Shown: one piece after another, positions 16,883 through 26,826 of the stretch
Numbering within the stretch: position 1 is the stretch's first letter
Layout of the letters: every line of letters starts with the position of its first letter
Source: a virus
Strand: one strand, 5' to 3'
Virus record (IMG/VR): IMGVR_UViG_3300044712_001906
Coordinates: 1-64,000 of that record
DNA length: 64,000 nt
Notes under the pieces: model-generated
Told to the model about the DNA's origin: nothing
Databases searched by the model: none
Seen by the model: only the letters and a program-made list of their open reading frames with translations
Translations under genes and position numbers: made by a program

Positions 16883-18073
16883 ATGCGGTACGTTCTCGGG
16901 TTGGCGCTCGTCCTCGCCCTGGCCAACGTGACTGCGAGCTGCAGCTCGCCAGCTTCGTGCGTGCCAGGGCGCTCGGAGCAGTGCTTCTGCGGGTCGAAGT
17001 ACGGCGCCCAGGTGTGCCGGAATGACGGAACGTGGGGCACGTGCTTCTGCGGGGCCGGAGGCGAACCCGACGCCCTGGCCATCGGCCACGACGCCCACGG
17101 CGAGGCGGATGCTGCGCCATCGGACGACCCGGGGACGCCGCCCGGCGAGGCGGATGGCGCCGGCGGGGAGCTGCCACCCGTGGACGCGGCGAAGACCGAC
17201 GCCGGGTTCCCTGACGTCCCAGCCGATCACAAGCCTCCCACGGCGATCGCCTCCGTCCTTGAGGGCCTCGAGGTCGTCCCGCAGACGAAGCTCCACTTGA
17301 AGGGGAGTTCGAGCACCGCCGACGGCGGCCCGATCGTGAGCTGGCACTGGACGGTGACGCAGCCGGCCGGGTCGAAGTCGATCTTCATGGCGACCAACAC
17401 GGCTCCGGACCCGACCTTCGAGGTCAACGTGGCCGGGCTCTACGTCTTCGTGCTGACGATCAGGGACTGGGCGGGTGCGACATCCACCTCGGCTCCCGTC
17501 AGCGTCTCCGTCGTGCCGGACGAAGCGATCCACGTTGAGCTGCTCTGGGATACGCCGGCCGACCCAGACGAGACCGACGAGGGGCCCGAGGCCGGCGCCG
17601 ACCTCGACCTCCACTTCATGCACCCCTACGCCAAGACCGGGAGCGATTGCGACGGCGACGGCGTCGGGGATCCATGGTTCGACGGGCACTTCGACTGCTT
17701 CTGGTTCAATCCGAACCCCGACTGGGCCTCGAGCGACCAGATGGTCGACGATGACCCAGGCCTCGACCTCGCCGATACGGACGGGGCGGGGCCAGAGATT
17801 GTGAACCTGAACGCTCCCGAGATGAGCACGACCTATCTGATCGCCGCCCACTACCCGGACGATCATGGCTTCGGACCGAGTCAGGTCGAGGTTCGCATCT
17901 ACGTCTACGGCGCGCTGACCTACCAGGGTAATGCGGTCGAGTTGACGGAGGGCGACCTGTGGGAGGTCGTCACGATCGACTGGCCCACGGGCATCGTGGC
18001 CTTCATCCCCACGCCCGACGGCAAGCCAGCGATCGCGCATGGGTGCAGCAATCAGCCCTTACTCGGTCCGTAG
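16883..18073 (+). CDS. Cys-rich lipoprotein with PKD-like and DLDLH domains (moron)
   Basis: GAGGAGG RBS, signal peptide ending TASC, CVPG..C.C..GAQVC..DGTWGTC.C, PKD-like segment, ELLWD...DLDLH. Confidence 0.8.
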   Translation: MRYVLGLALVLALANVTASCSSPASCVPGRSEQCFCGSKYGAQVCRNDGTWGTCFCGAGGEPDALAIGHDAHGEADAAPSDDPGTPPGEADGAGGELPPVDAAKTDAGFPDVPADHKPPTAIASVLEGLEVVPQTKLHLKGSSSTADGGPIVSWHWTVTQPAGSKSIFMATNTAPDPTFEVNVAGLYVFVLTIRDWAGATSTSAPVSVSVVPDEAIHVELLWDTPADPDETDEGPEAGADLDLHFMHPYAKTGSDCDGDGVGDPWFDGHFDCFWFNPNPDWASSDQMVDDDPGLDLADTDGAGPEIVNLNAPEMSTTYLIAAHYPDDHGFGPSQVEVRIYVYGALTYQGNAVELTEGDLWEVVTIDWPTGIVAFIPTPDGKPAIAHGCSNQPLLGP

Positions 18074-18248
18074 CTGGCGGTCCATCGGAACTCGAAGAGG
18101 CAGATGTGTTCGAGGGGGCTCCTTGGCGCGGCACCTCGCCATGAAGTAGCATGCGGGAGCCTCGCGGTGGTCGCCAGGAAGTTTCGTGAAGGCGGCATGC
18201 CGTAGGCAGGGCATCCATGGACGCGCGTCGTGACATCCGGAGGAGCCT

Positions 18249-18440
18249 GTGATGGTGAGAATCGTGTGCGGCAACTGTGGAGGTGCGTTCACGCGCGAAC
18301 AGGTTCTGAACGGCAAGCCGCCGGATCCACCGAAGCCTCTCACGCCGGCAGGCGAGGCCGCCAAGTTCGACAACGAGACGCTTGGGGGCAAGCACCATCG
18401 ATGCCCAAGCTGCGGGAATCCCACCCTGAAGGTGGGATAG
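18249..18440 (+). CDS. Small zinc-ribbon protein
   Basis: CGNC...CPSC, AGGAG RBS. Confidence 0.6.
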   Translation: MMVRIVCGNCGGAFTREQVLNGKPPDPPKPLTPAGEAAKFDNETLGGKHHRCPSCGNPTLKVG

Positions 18441-18762
18441 CTCGGCGCGGCCGGCGTCCTCGAGGAGTCCTGCGGCGTGCGCCTCGGCGACTGCCGCATC
18501 GGTGCTCTTGCCGAGGATGGCCCCCCAGTGCGCGTCGCTGTCCTTCTCGTCGGCCCACTTCGCCCTCGAGAACTTCGCGAGGAAGAGCGCGCGGGCACGC
18601 TCCGCGACTGCAGGCGGTGGCATCGATGAGCGGCCTGATGCGCCTGGCCTGGCGTGCTCAGCGCCCGGCTCCGGAGCTCGGTCGCGTGCCAGCCAGAGGC
18701 CAAGTCCAATGGCGCGCCCATCGCGGTGACAAGCCAGCAGGGCCTTGCCGCCATGCGATAGG

Positions 18763-19326
18763 CTATGGCTCGGCGACCCCTGGACTGTCGTGGCTCGCGT
18801 TCTCGGAAGGCTCTTTCAGGAAGCCGATCCTCCGCGCCTTCTCGCCGGATTTCTTCATCGCGACCAGCAGGACGCTCAGTTGGGTCACGTGTTGGATGAG
18901 CTGAACGCGCGCGCCATCAGAGTTGACGCCGTGGAACGTAATGATGTCCGGACCCCAGAAGTCCATGTCCTCAATGTGGAACGTGACCTCGCTTCCGAAC
19001 GAGACGAGCCGCGCACCGACCTCGTGGTCTTCGTCGAGGCGCTCCTCGAAGCGATAGATGTACTCGCCGAGGCGCTCATGGGTCCACTTGGCGGGGTTGT
19101 TGGTCGGGTTGTTGACTATCGTCTGAAGGACGTCTGGCATGGGTGGCCCCATTGTCGGTCGCAGATCTGTTAGGAATCCCGGCATCTTGGCGAGTCCCGT
19201 CATGCGATCGATCTCGTCCTTGATGCGCGTCGCCGACTCGACGTTGGGCAACATGCCGTGGAACTGTCTGATTGCCTCAGATGCCTTCTCGCGCTTGTGG
19301 ATCTTCGTGATGTCGTCTTCTGACAC
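18763..19326 (-). CDS. DUF6173-like protein
   Basis: FEERLDEDHEVGARLVSFG...DIITFHG...QLIQHVTQL...RRIGF; start uncertain (19326-19371). Confidence 0.75.
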   Translation of the reverse strand: MSEDDITKIHKREKASEAIRQFHGMLPNVESATRIKDEIDRMTGLAKMPGFLTDLRPTMGPPMPDVLQTIVNNPTNNPAKWTHERLGEYIYRFEERLDEDHEVGARLVSFGSEVTFHIEDMDFWGPDIITFHGVNSDGARVQLIQHVTQLSVLLVAMKKSGEKARRIGFLKEPSENASHDSPGVAEP

Positions 19327-19739
19327 AGCGCCCCTCGCGGATCGTCGCATGGCCACCCACCGTGGACCCATCCGCTATCTGGTCCATAGAGGCGCCTCGC
19401 AGACGCCTGGTCAATGTTGGTGGGGACGGATGTTCAGCGTCAGCGCCGCATCGGCGCAATGCCTCTGCACGTGAGCGCTGCGGGACGACCGAGCGATTAG
19501 CAGCGCTTCCGACGTCTCGTACCATAGACCTCGATCAGCCGCCACTACACGAACCAGCAAGCGATCAAGCGCTGGAGCAAGCCCCGCGCTCGCATCATCC
19601 TTGGGTCCTGTGCTCCTGTCGATGTTGATGCTCGGGAAGAGCCTCAGGCGCATGGCCGGTCCCGACGTGGGAGCGGATGGGTGGGGTCTCCGCGGACTCG
19701 AGCCGTCGGAGCTCAGCGCTGGGGCGCCATGGCGATCTG

Positions 19740-20543
19740 TCACCGCCTCACAACCTCGACCGCGATCCCCGGAGGCACCATCGCCTTCAGCGCGAGCCGG
19801 AGGCCGCCGAAGACCGCGCGCCCGGACAGGTAGAGCGCGTGCGGCCCGGCGGTCGTGTCGGTCCGCTGCCACGCGTCCGTCTGAACGTGACCGCCGTAGG
19901 GCTGTCCGACCGGGCGGGCCTCGCCGCTGCTCTGCAGGTAGGTCGGCGGCGCCGAGCTGACGGCGTCCGCGAACACGACCACGCGGAGCGTGCCCGGCTC
20001 GCCCGGTGACGTCGTCTCGGCGCCGTTCGGCCAGTCGATCGGCCCCGGGGTGGGCTCCTCGATCCAGAAGGGCAGGATCTCGGCGTCGTGCGAGGCGCTC
20101 CCCAGGAACGTCGCTCCCGTCCATGCCGGCGTCCCGAGCGCCGCGAGCTCAAGGTAGGTCCCTCCGGCCCCGGCGACGTCCTCTGGCCCCACAACGAGAT
20201 GTACGACGTCGCCGAGGACCACCCAGCGTCCGACGTGCCGCTGCTCGAACGGCGTTCCGGACACGGCCGTGATGCGCTGCGGGTTCGCCGCGGCGACGGT
20301 GACGGGCACAACCTCGGACCGGTCGGAGAAGACGCCGCGCAGGAAGGCGAACATGCCGCCCGGGCGCCCTCGGTATCCGAGCGCGACCTCGCGCAGGCCC
20401 CGCCTCCATGCTGCAACCGAGAACCCGGCAGGCCTCGGCAGGCCGTAGAACCTCGCGACGCGGTCGAAGTCAGCGCCCTCGGCGCCGGCGACCATCGTCG
20501 ACCGCGCCGCCTGTGCCACCTGCGAGAGAGGTTGGAGCAGCAT
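19740..20543 (-). CDS. Baseplate/tail protein (P2 gpI-like wedge features)
   Basis: AEGADFDRVARFYGLPRP N-terminus, LKAMVPPGIAV C-terminus; last gene of the virion operon. Confidence 0.55.
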   Translation of the reverse strand: MLLQPLSQVAQAARSTMVAGAEGADFDRVARFYGLPRPAGFSVAAWRRGLREVALGYRGRPGGMFAFLRGVFSDRSEVVPVTVAAANPQRITAVSGTPFEQRHVGRWVVLGDVVHLVVGPEDVAGAGGTYLELAALGTPAWTGATFLGSASHDAEILPFWIEEPTPGPIDWPNGAETTSPGEPGTLRVVVFADAVSSAPPTYLQSSGEARPVGQPYGGHVQTDAWQRTDTTAGPHALYLSGRAVFGGLRLALKAMVPPGIAVEVVRR

Positions 20544-20546
20544 CGG

Positions 20547-22103
20547 TCAGCCCTCGGCCGGCGGAAGAGCGTCGACGGACGCGTCGAGCCGCACGGGAGC
20601 CCCTCGAGGGATCCACGTGACCCGGGAGTCCTCGCCGTCGATGCCGGTCAACGCGCCGTCGGACCGACCGGAGTAGGCGAAGCGCCAGCCGCCGACGAAG
20701 AAGGCCCCCTCGTCTGGCCAGCCGAACGTGCTCTCGACGAGAGCGACGGAGGCCGACGGGTCGAGGTCTGCCACGAGACGTGTGACGATGCCGCCCATCA
20801 TCACCTGCACCTCCTGGCCGACGGCGTGCGTGATGGTCTCGAGCAGGCCGATCGGGAACTCGTCGAACACGTCGCCAGCGACCACGACGAGCGCCGAAGG
20901 CACGTCCAGATCCGCGGTGCGGACGGTGTCGCCGTCGTCGAAGGTCACGACGTAGCCGCCGCCTGCCGTGAGCCTGGGATGGACGGTCAGGACTGCGCTC
21001 AAGCCATCGTTCGCCGCGTCGGCGCCGGTCACGACGACGTCGGCCTCCGCTCCGTCCGGGGCGAGTGACCAGGCGCCAGCGTCGCCGAGGTCCGCGGGGT
21101 CAACGTAGGCGTCGAAGGTCGCCTCGACGTGGGTGAGGTCGGCCGGCGTCACGGAGGCGAGGAGCGGCGGCCACTCGTAGGCGCCGATCGACGGTGGCGC
21201 CGCCAGGTCGGCCCCGAGGTAGTCGGATGACGCCGCGGAGGGCGTGGTGCCGGCGTGGATGCCGGGGCTCGCGGTGCCGAGGCGGAAGTCGCCGCCCGCG
21301 CCGTCGACGAAGAGCGGGTTGGCCTCGATGCAGTCGGCGGCCTCGTAGAAACCAGGCGAGTTCCGGATGCTCGACGTCGTGTGGTAGAGGCCGGCGTCGC
21401 TCGTGTAGCCGAGGCAGTTGTAGGCGTGGCCCGCCGTCAGTCCGTAGGGGTCGGCGTTGTCGACGACGATGCAGTTGCGCGCCACGGACGAGTAGGACGG
21501 CGCATAGATCCCCTGCCCACCGTTGAAGGCGGCGACGCACTGCTCGGCGGTCGCGGCGCCGGTGAGCCAGATCCCCTGCCCAGCGTTGCCGTGCGCGATG
21601 ACCGCCTCGAGGCTGCCGGTGCCGGCGTACTTGATGCCCGCTCCGAGGGCGCCGGTCGCGTTGCGGACGAGCACGCGCTGAACGGGGCCGCCCGCGTTGC
21701 AGTGGATGCCGGTCGTGCCTCCGTCGACGTCGAGGTCGCGCAGCGTGGCGCCCGAAGTCGAGAGGATGCCGTAGCTGCCGCCGCCGATGACGGACAGGCG
21801 TTCGACGGTGCCGGTCGACACGCGAACCGTGTACGACCCGAGCCCCTCGCCGTCGACCACCGTGCGCAGCCAGCCGAAGGCGCCGGCGAGGACCTGTTGA
21901 CCGCGCAGAGACCATCCCGTGCCGGGCGCGGTCAAGTCGATGTCGTGCTCGACGAAGGGGCCGAAGTTCTGGAGCTCGAGCGTGACGTCGTCCTCGCCGA
22001 AGCGGTCCCCGATGGCGAAGGCGATCGTCTTGTAGGGGTTGCCCTGCGAGCCGTCGCCCGTGCCGTCGTCGCCATCGGTGGAGTGCACGTAGTAAGTGGC
22101 CAC
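20547..22103 (-). CDS. Beta-helix (pectin lyase-like) tail spike-type protein
   Basis: YYVHS..GDD..GDGSQGNPYKTI, repeated GNAGQGI/NGGQGI coils, NPLFVD..GDFRL..SPGI.AG. Confidence 0.7.
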   Translation of the reverse strand: MATYYVHSTDGDDGTGDGSQGNPYKTIAFAIGDRFGEDDVTLELQNFGPFVEHDIDLTAPGTGWSLRGQQVLAGAFGWLRTVVDGEGLGSYTVRVSTGTVERLSVIGGGSYGILSTSGATLRDLDVDGGTTGIHCNAGGPVQRVLVRNATGALGAGIKYAGTGSLEAVIAHGNAGQGIWLTGAATAEQCVAAFNGGQGIYAPSYSSVARNCIVVDNADPYGLTAGHAYNCLGYTSDAGLYHTTSSIRNSPGFYEAADCIEANPLFVDGAGGDFRLGTASPGIHAGTTPSAASSDYLGADLAAPPSIGAYEWPPLLASVTPADLTHVEATFDAYVDPADLGDAGAWSLAPDGAEADVVVTGADAANDGLSAVLTVHPRLTAGGGYVVTFDDGDTVRTADLDVPSALVVVAGDVFDEFPIGLLETITHAVGQEVQVMMGGIVTRLVADLDPSASVALVESTFGWPDEGAFFVGGWRFAYSGRSDGALTGIDGEDSRVTWIPRGAPVRLDASVDALPPAEG

Positions 22104-22106
22104 GCC

Positions 22107-22676
22107 CTACCCCTCCAAGAGCGGTGCGCGCTCGTGCGAGACAGGCCCCTTGACGAAGAGCGACTGGAAGCGCCTCCGCAGCCGGTACGTCTCGTCGCAG
22201 CGCCCGCGCCGGACGACGAGGAAGGCCTCCGACACCGCCTCATCGGCGAGCTCCGGCCCCCAGCGCGCGATCAGCGTGTAGCTCCCGGGCGGTAGCGGCG
22301 GGAGAGCGCAAAGGAGCTTGCGCTTGCTGCGGTCCGTGCGGCAGTCGTCGCCTGACCCGGGGCGGCACGAGTAGAACCCGCCGCTCGCCGGCCACTCGTT
22401 GCCGTCCGCGTCGACGGCGCGCACCTGGTACGGACCGGTGACGGGCCACGAGCTCAGGAGCTCGAGCGGGACGCCGCCCTCGTCGGGGTACGGGCCGAGC
22501 TGCCCGGCGACGCCGAACACGGCCGGAGGGGACGGCGAGCCCAGACCGAGATCGAACTCGCCGGCGTCGGCGTCAGGCGCCCACGCGGAGGGAGAGCCTA
22601 GGCCGGTGTCGGACGGACCAGCGTCAGCGTCAGGCGCCCACGTCGATGGCGAGCCAAGGCCGAGGTCGCCGGCCAT
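22107..22676 (-). CDS. Virion-associated protein with N-terminal 19-aa repeats and Ig-like domain
   Basis: GLGSPS(T/A)WAPDADAG repeated about 2.5 times. Confidence 0.65.
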   Translation of the reverse strand: MAGDLGLGSPSTWAPDADAGPSDTGLGSPSAWAPDADAGEFDLGLGSPSPPAVFGVAGQLGPYPDEGGVPLELLSSWPVTGPYQVRAVDADGNEWPASGGFYSCRPGSGDDCRTDRSKRKLLCALPPLPPGSYTLIARWGPELADEAVSEAFLVVRRGRCDETYRLRRRFQSLFVKGPVSHERAPLLEG

Positions 22677-22679
22677 GGA

Positions 22680-23732
22680 CTAGTACGCCTTCTCGCCGTC
22701 GATGGAGATGCAGAGCCCGCCGCCTGGCGTTGGCGGCGCCCCGGTGATCCGCACGGCCAGGTACGAATTGGCCTCGGCGACGATGGGGTTCGCCGGCACG
22801 GCGCCGTTGACGGTCGGCTTGCCGGAGTCGGACGCCACGCTGATGGTCGCCAGCTTCCGGTTGGCCGCCGTCGCCGCGGCGAAGTCGTTGGTGGCGAATT
22901 CTGCCTGCAGGAGCTGATAGAACTCCACGGTGTACGCGCCACCGCCAGCGCCACCGTCGAGGAAGGCCGCCACGAAGAGGCTGGCCGTGTAGAGCGCCGG
23001 CACGACGCGCACCCAATGGCACTCGCTCCACGCCCCGCCGGTCTGCGGCTCGATGGTGCCCGGCTTCCAGCCGTCGCTGGTCATCGAGCCGTTGCAGACG
23101 GCCTCGATGGTGTACGGCTTTCGGGTCACGGCCCGTGGATTGCCCGCGTCGACCGGTGCGTCGGAGAGCTTCACCGTCCCGCGCGCGACCGTCGTCGCCG
23201 CCGGGACCGACGTCCCAGGATGGACGTGCAGCAAGGTCGACCCGCCACCCACAAGCTCATCGAGCTCCGCGCCGGTGGCGTTCGTGTCGTGGTCCTCGAT
23301 CTTCTGGGCGATGAAGTCGCCCCGCAGATCGTCGACGTGGTCGATGAGCCCGGTGATCGCGTCGATGTAGTCCTTCTCGTGCTCCGATGGCCGCCGGAGC
23401 GCCGCATGCTCTGTCGACACCCGGCAGGCCGTGTAGGCGGACACGGGCGCGAGCTGTCGCGTCGTCTCGCTCTTCACCGCGGCGTTGTCGGTCACGGCGA
23501 GGAAGAGGAGGTACGTGCCGGCGCGGTCGACGTTGAGCAGCTTCGGGTTCTGGAGGGTGCTGTCGTCCAGGGCGGCCGCCGAGCCTGACGGCTTGCCGAT
23601 CAGGTGCCACTTCCAGGACGAGTAGACGCCGGTGCCGCCGGTCGCGGACCCTGCGAGCTGAACCTCGGCGATCGGAAGGTCGCCGAAGACGTAGGAGCTG
23701 CTGGCGCCGGCGTTGGCTACGGGCTTGGCCAT
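22680..23732 (-). CDS. Tail fibre-like protein with N-terminal PKD/Ig-like domain
   Basis: VQLAGS...WKW...GTYLLFLAVTDN; ATTVARGTVKL fibre motif. Confidence 0.65.
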   Translation of the reverse strand: MAKPVANAGASSSYVFGDLPIAEVQLAGSATGGTGVYSSWKWHLIGKPSGSAAALDDSTLQNPKLLNVDRAGTYLLFLAVTDNAAVKSETTRQLAPVSAYTACRVSTEHAALRRPSEHEKDYIDAITGLIDHVDDLRGDFIAQKIEDHDTNATGAELDELVGGGSTLLHVHPGTSVPAATTVARGTVKLSDAPVDAGNPRAVTRKPYTIEAVCNGSMTSDGWKPGTIEPQTGGAWSECHWVRVVPALYTASLFVAAFLDGGAGGGAYTVEFYQLLQAEFATNDFAAATAANRKLATISVASDSGKPTVNGAVPANPIVAEANSYLAVRITGAPPTPGGGLCISIDGEKAY

Positions 23733-23743
23733 CGTCTACCTCC

Positions 23744-24931
23744 TCATCCGAAGCTGCCGAGGAGCGTCACGAAGAAGCTCTGCTCGGCGAAGGCGCCGCC
23801 GGTGCTCTTGATGTTGACGTCCACGCGCGCGTTCTCCTGGTCGAGGCGCCCGGCGTAGATGTAGCAGGGCAGGTTGTTGCTCAGCGGCGCCTCGTTGGTG
23901 TGGGGCGTGAGCAGGACGCTCTGGATGTCGATGACCGCTCCGACGAGGGGAGCGGCCTGGAGGCGCACCACGCCGGCGGACTGTCTGGTCGCTGTGACGA
24001 CGATCGGGTTGGCGCCGTCGCTCGGCTTCGCCCCGACGCCGACCCACGTGTAGGTCACGTCGCCGTCCCAGTCGACGCGCCCGGCGGCGAGCACGCGGCA
24101 CGAGTCCGTCCGTCCCGCGAGGTCGGCGAGATCGCTCTCGGTGTCGTCGATGGCCTCCTCGAGCTGGACGAGCCCGCCGCGACCAGTCGATGGCGCCGCA
24201 GTCAGCGGGTAGTTCCCGAGCTTGTCGTTCATGCGCGTCACGACGTAGACGAGCATGGACAGCACCTCGGACAGCGAGGTGACCGGGCTGTTGCCGAGGC
24301 CGAGGTTGAAGAGCTGCGAGATGCGACCCCATTCGTGGTAGGCGCCTCCGACGAGCGGGGTCTCGAGGTCGTAGCTGTCGGGGTCCCACGCGTGCTTGGG
24401 ATCGATGAGGGGCAGCCCGCCGCTCCAGTCGACGACGCGGGCGAACTTGAACCACCCCGGATCCGCGTCCGGCACGTCGACGCCGACCTCGAACGCCACG
24501 CGCTCGACGAGCTTGGTCGACGGCGTGATCGATGCCTCGACGCCTCCGCCGACGTCCCACTGCCTGCGCGTCTCGACGTCGGAGGCCACCTGGATGCGCC
24601 GCGCCCAGAGCCACGGCGTGCCAGATCCGGCGACGTAGGCGGAAAGGTCGACGACTGAGGTCTGGCTCGGCAGCGTCGGATCGTGCCGGATGACGCGCCC
24701 GTCGGCGAGCTTGCCCTCGGTGCCGGCGGCGACGCCGCGCCAGAGTAGGCACTCGCCGATGCCGACCGCGGCCGGGTTGGCGGTGTCGAAGGCGATGGAG
24801 CTCAGGGTGCCCGACGCGAAGCCCACGATGCCGCCCAGCGCTCGGGCCATGTACTCGCCAACGAGCGTCTGCATGCGGGCGATGTCGACGAGGTCGAACC
24901 GCTCGTCGTCGAGTAGCTGGATCTCGTCCAT
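23744..24931 (-). CDS. Baseplate/tail fibre attachment protein
   Basis: ATG 24931 overlapping the baseplate J stop; 395 aa. Confidence 0.6.
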   Translation of the reverse strand: MDEIQLLDDERFDLVDIARMQTLVGEYMARALGGIVGFASGTLSSIAFDTANPAAVGIGECLLWRGVAAGTEGKLADGRVIRHDPTLPSQTSVVDLSAYVAGSGTPWLWARRIQVASDVETRRQWDVGGGVEASITPSTKLVERVAFEVGVDVPDADPGWFKFARVVDWSGGLPLIDPKHAWDPDSYDLETPLVGGAYHEWGRISQLFNLGLGNSPVTSLSEVLSMLVYVVTRMNDKLGNYPLTAAPSTGRGGLVQLEEAIDDTESDLADLAGRTDSCRVLAAGRVDWDGDVTYTWVGVGAKPSDGANPIVVTATRQSAGVVRLQAAPLVGAVIDIQSVLLTPHTNEAPLSNNLPCYIYAGRLDQENARVDVNIKSTGGAFAEQSFFVTLLGSFG

Positions 24932-26325
24932 CAGACCACCTCGGCCAGTTCGGAGCGGGTGCGGAGCGCCGTGCGAGCGTCGACGGGGTACACGTCGCCC
25001 GAGGGCGTCTGGAAGACGTAGTTGTAGACGCCGGGGACGCGCATGAGCGCCCGCCCCAGGTGGGTCAGCAGCAGGGGCGCTCCCGGGGAGAGCCCCTGCA
25101 TGAAGGCGATGATCTCGTCGCGCACGGCGATACGCAGCGCGGCTAGGTCGTTGGTGCCGGCCTGGGCGATGATCGCCACGCGGATGGGGGTCCACTGCAC
25201 TCGCGGCGGCACCACGCGGAGACGGCACCCTGAGGACCGGTAGCCCGGGAGATCGAACGAGCTGGACGCGTGGCCCTCGATAATGGCCTGGAGCTCCCGG
25301 ATGATCCCCGTGTAGACCTTGTACCCGCGGATGCGCCACTGGTCGCCGGCGGCGAACGGGTTGAGCGCCGACCGGAGGTAGAACTGGCCGCGCTCCTCGA
25401 TCACCGTCCACGGGAGGTCGGCGTCGGGGCCGTACAGGAGCGACGCCCAGCCGCCGCCAGAGTCGCGCTCGACGATGAACGGCAGGCCCACCATGGGCGA
25501 CTCACACCACAGGAGCGACTGCCCGTTGGTCGGGATGGTCCCGCTCGAGGTGGCGCCGTTCGCCACGTCGGCCGTCAGGCCGGTGCCGTCGTCGACGACG
25601 AGCTCCGCGTAGGACGGCCGCTCGGGGTCCTCGAAGATGGAGACGTGCCGCAGGCGCCGACCGTCCGCGGCCTGATGGGACCGCGCCAGGAAGGCCACGG
25701 ATGCGGGCATGACGCCCGCCAGCCCGGCAAGGAAGTCCTGGACGCGGCGCCCGAGCTCGTCGTCGCTCTCGCGGTCGACGCCGCCCGTGATGGGGCCCGT
25801 GTTCGAGCAGGCAACGATGGCGCTCGGGACGGACAGCGGCAGGGTGACCGTGTTGGAGGACGCGTTGCCGGCGCTCCCTCGAGTCGCGCACGCGACGGGG
25901 ACGGCGGTCGCGGTCGTGAAGCCGTCGAGGATCGTGACGTCCGCGGTCTGGATGTAGACGAGCGACGGGTCATCACGGTGGCCGTAGACGGAGCCGGCCG
26001 GGACGACGAGGTTGCCCGAGGTCGTCAGCCGCTCCACCTGGAAGTCGCTGCCGGTCGCGGCCGACGCTCCGAGCCGCTTGCCGAAGCCCTTCGGCAGGTC
26101 GGTCAGGCGATCATCGAGGTCGGCCGACTTGCCGCGGAGGAAGAAGGCGTCCCGGATGGCCTTGAGGCGGAACTCGATCGCCTCGAAGTCCTCGGCGACC
26201 GAGCGCAGGATCGTCCGCGTGACTCCGCCCGGGGTGATGTCCGTGAGCCGTGGCTTCGCGCGCGCCACGGTGCGGGCCACAAGCCCGCGCTCGATCTCGT
26301 CGCGCACCCGTGGCTGATACGGCAC
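24931..26325 (-). CDS. Baseplate J/gp47-family wedge protein
   Basis: LTDITPGGVTRTIL, VPAGS, CATRGSAGN, ITGGVDRESDDEL. Confidence 0.9.
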   Translation of the reverse strand: MPYQPRVRDEIERGLVARTVARAKPRLTDITPGGVTRTILRSVAEDFEAIEFRLKAIRDAFFLRGKSADLDDRLTDLPKGFGKRLGASAATGSDFQVERLTTSGNLVVPAGSVYGHRDDPSLVYIQTADVTILDGFTTATAVPVACATRGSAGNASSNTVTLPLSVPSAIVACSNTGPITGGVDRESDDELGRRVQDFLAGLAGVMPASVAFLARSHQAADGRRLRHVSIFEDPERPSYAELVVDDGTGLTADVANGATSSGTIPTNGQSLLWCESPMVGLPFIVERDSGGGWASLLYGPDADLPWTVIEERGQFYLRSALNPFAAGDQWRIRGYKVYTGIIRELQAIIEGHASSSFDLPGYRSSGCRLRVVPPRVQWTPIRVAIIAQAGTNDLAALRIAVRDEIIAFMQGLSPGAPLLLTHLGRALMRVPGVYNYVFQTPSGDVYPVDARTALRTRSELAEVV

Positions 26326-26352
26326 CGGTCACCCCGCCAGGTCTGCATGCCG

Positions 26353-26382
26353 AGCGTGGGGGCGTTCCGCGGAGGCGTTAAG
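26353..26382 (-). promoter_or_regulatory. Putative late promoter copy 1: CTTAACGCC-N12-CCCCACGCT
   Basis: Same motif and spacing at 46853-46883 and 57972-58001. Confidence 0.65.
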
Positions 26383-26826
26383 GCGGGCGTTAGCGTCGCA
26401 CGTGGGCGGAATCCTGTACTTTGCTCGAACGACCTTCCGACTGGACGCATGGAGATTCGCTGCTCCGGTGCGGTCGGCGGGTGTGTCGGGCAAGCGTCCA
26501 TGGTCGTCCAGTACGGCCAGGCGTCCGGGTGGCGTCCAGGGTGCCCCGACGGTCGTGGCGAGCACGTAGCCGGTCCCATCGGCGACCTCACACGGGACTC
26601 CGGCGCCTGTCGACGCCGCGACCACGGGAAGGCCCCTTCCATGCGTCGGAGGATCTGGAGCCCATCCCGTTAGCGTCCGGAGCAGGATGGCGACCACCCG
26701 TCCCATGCTCCACCTCCACCACGAAGCTACCGCCGGGGGGGGGAGGTGGGGGCAACAGTCCGTGGCGGTGACTTACCTTGCCGCCCGATCGAGCCGAGGC
26801 TACCTTGGCCTCGGGAGGCGTACCGC

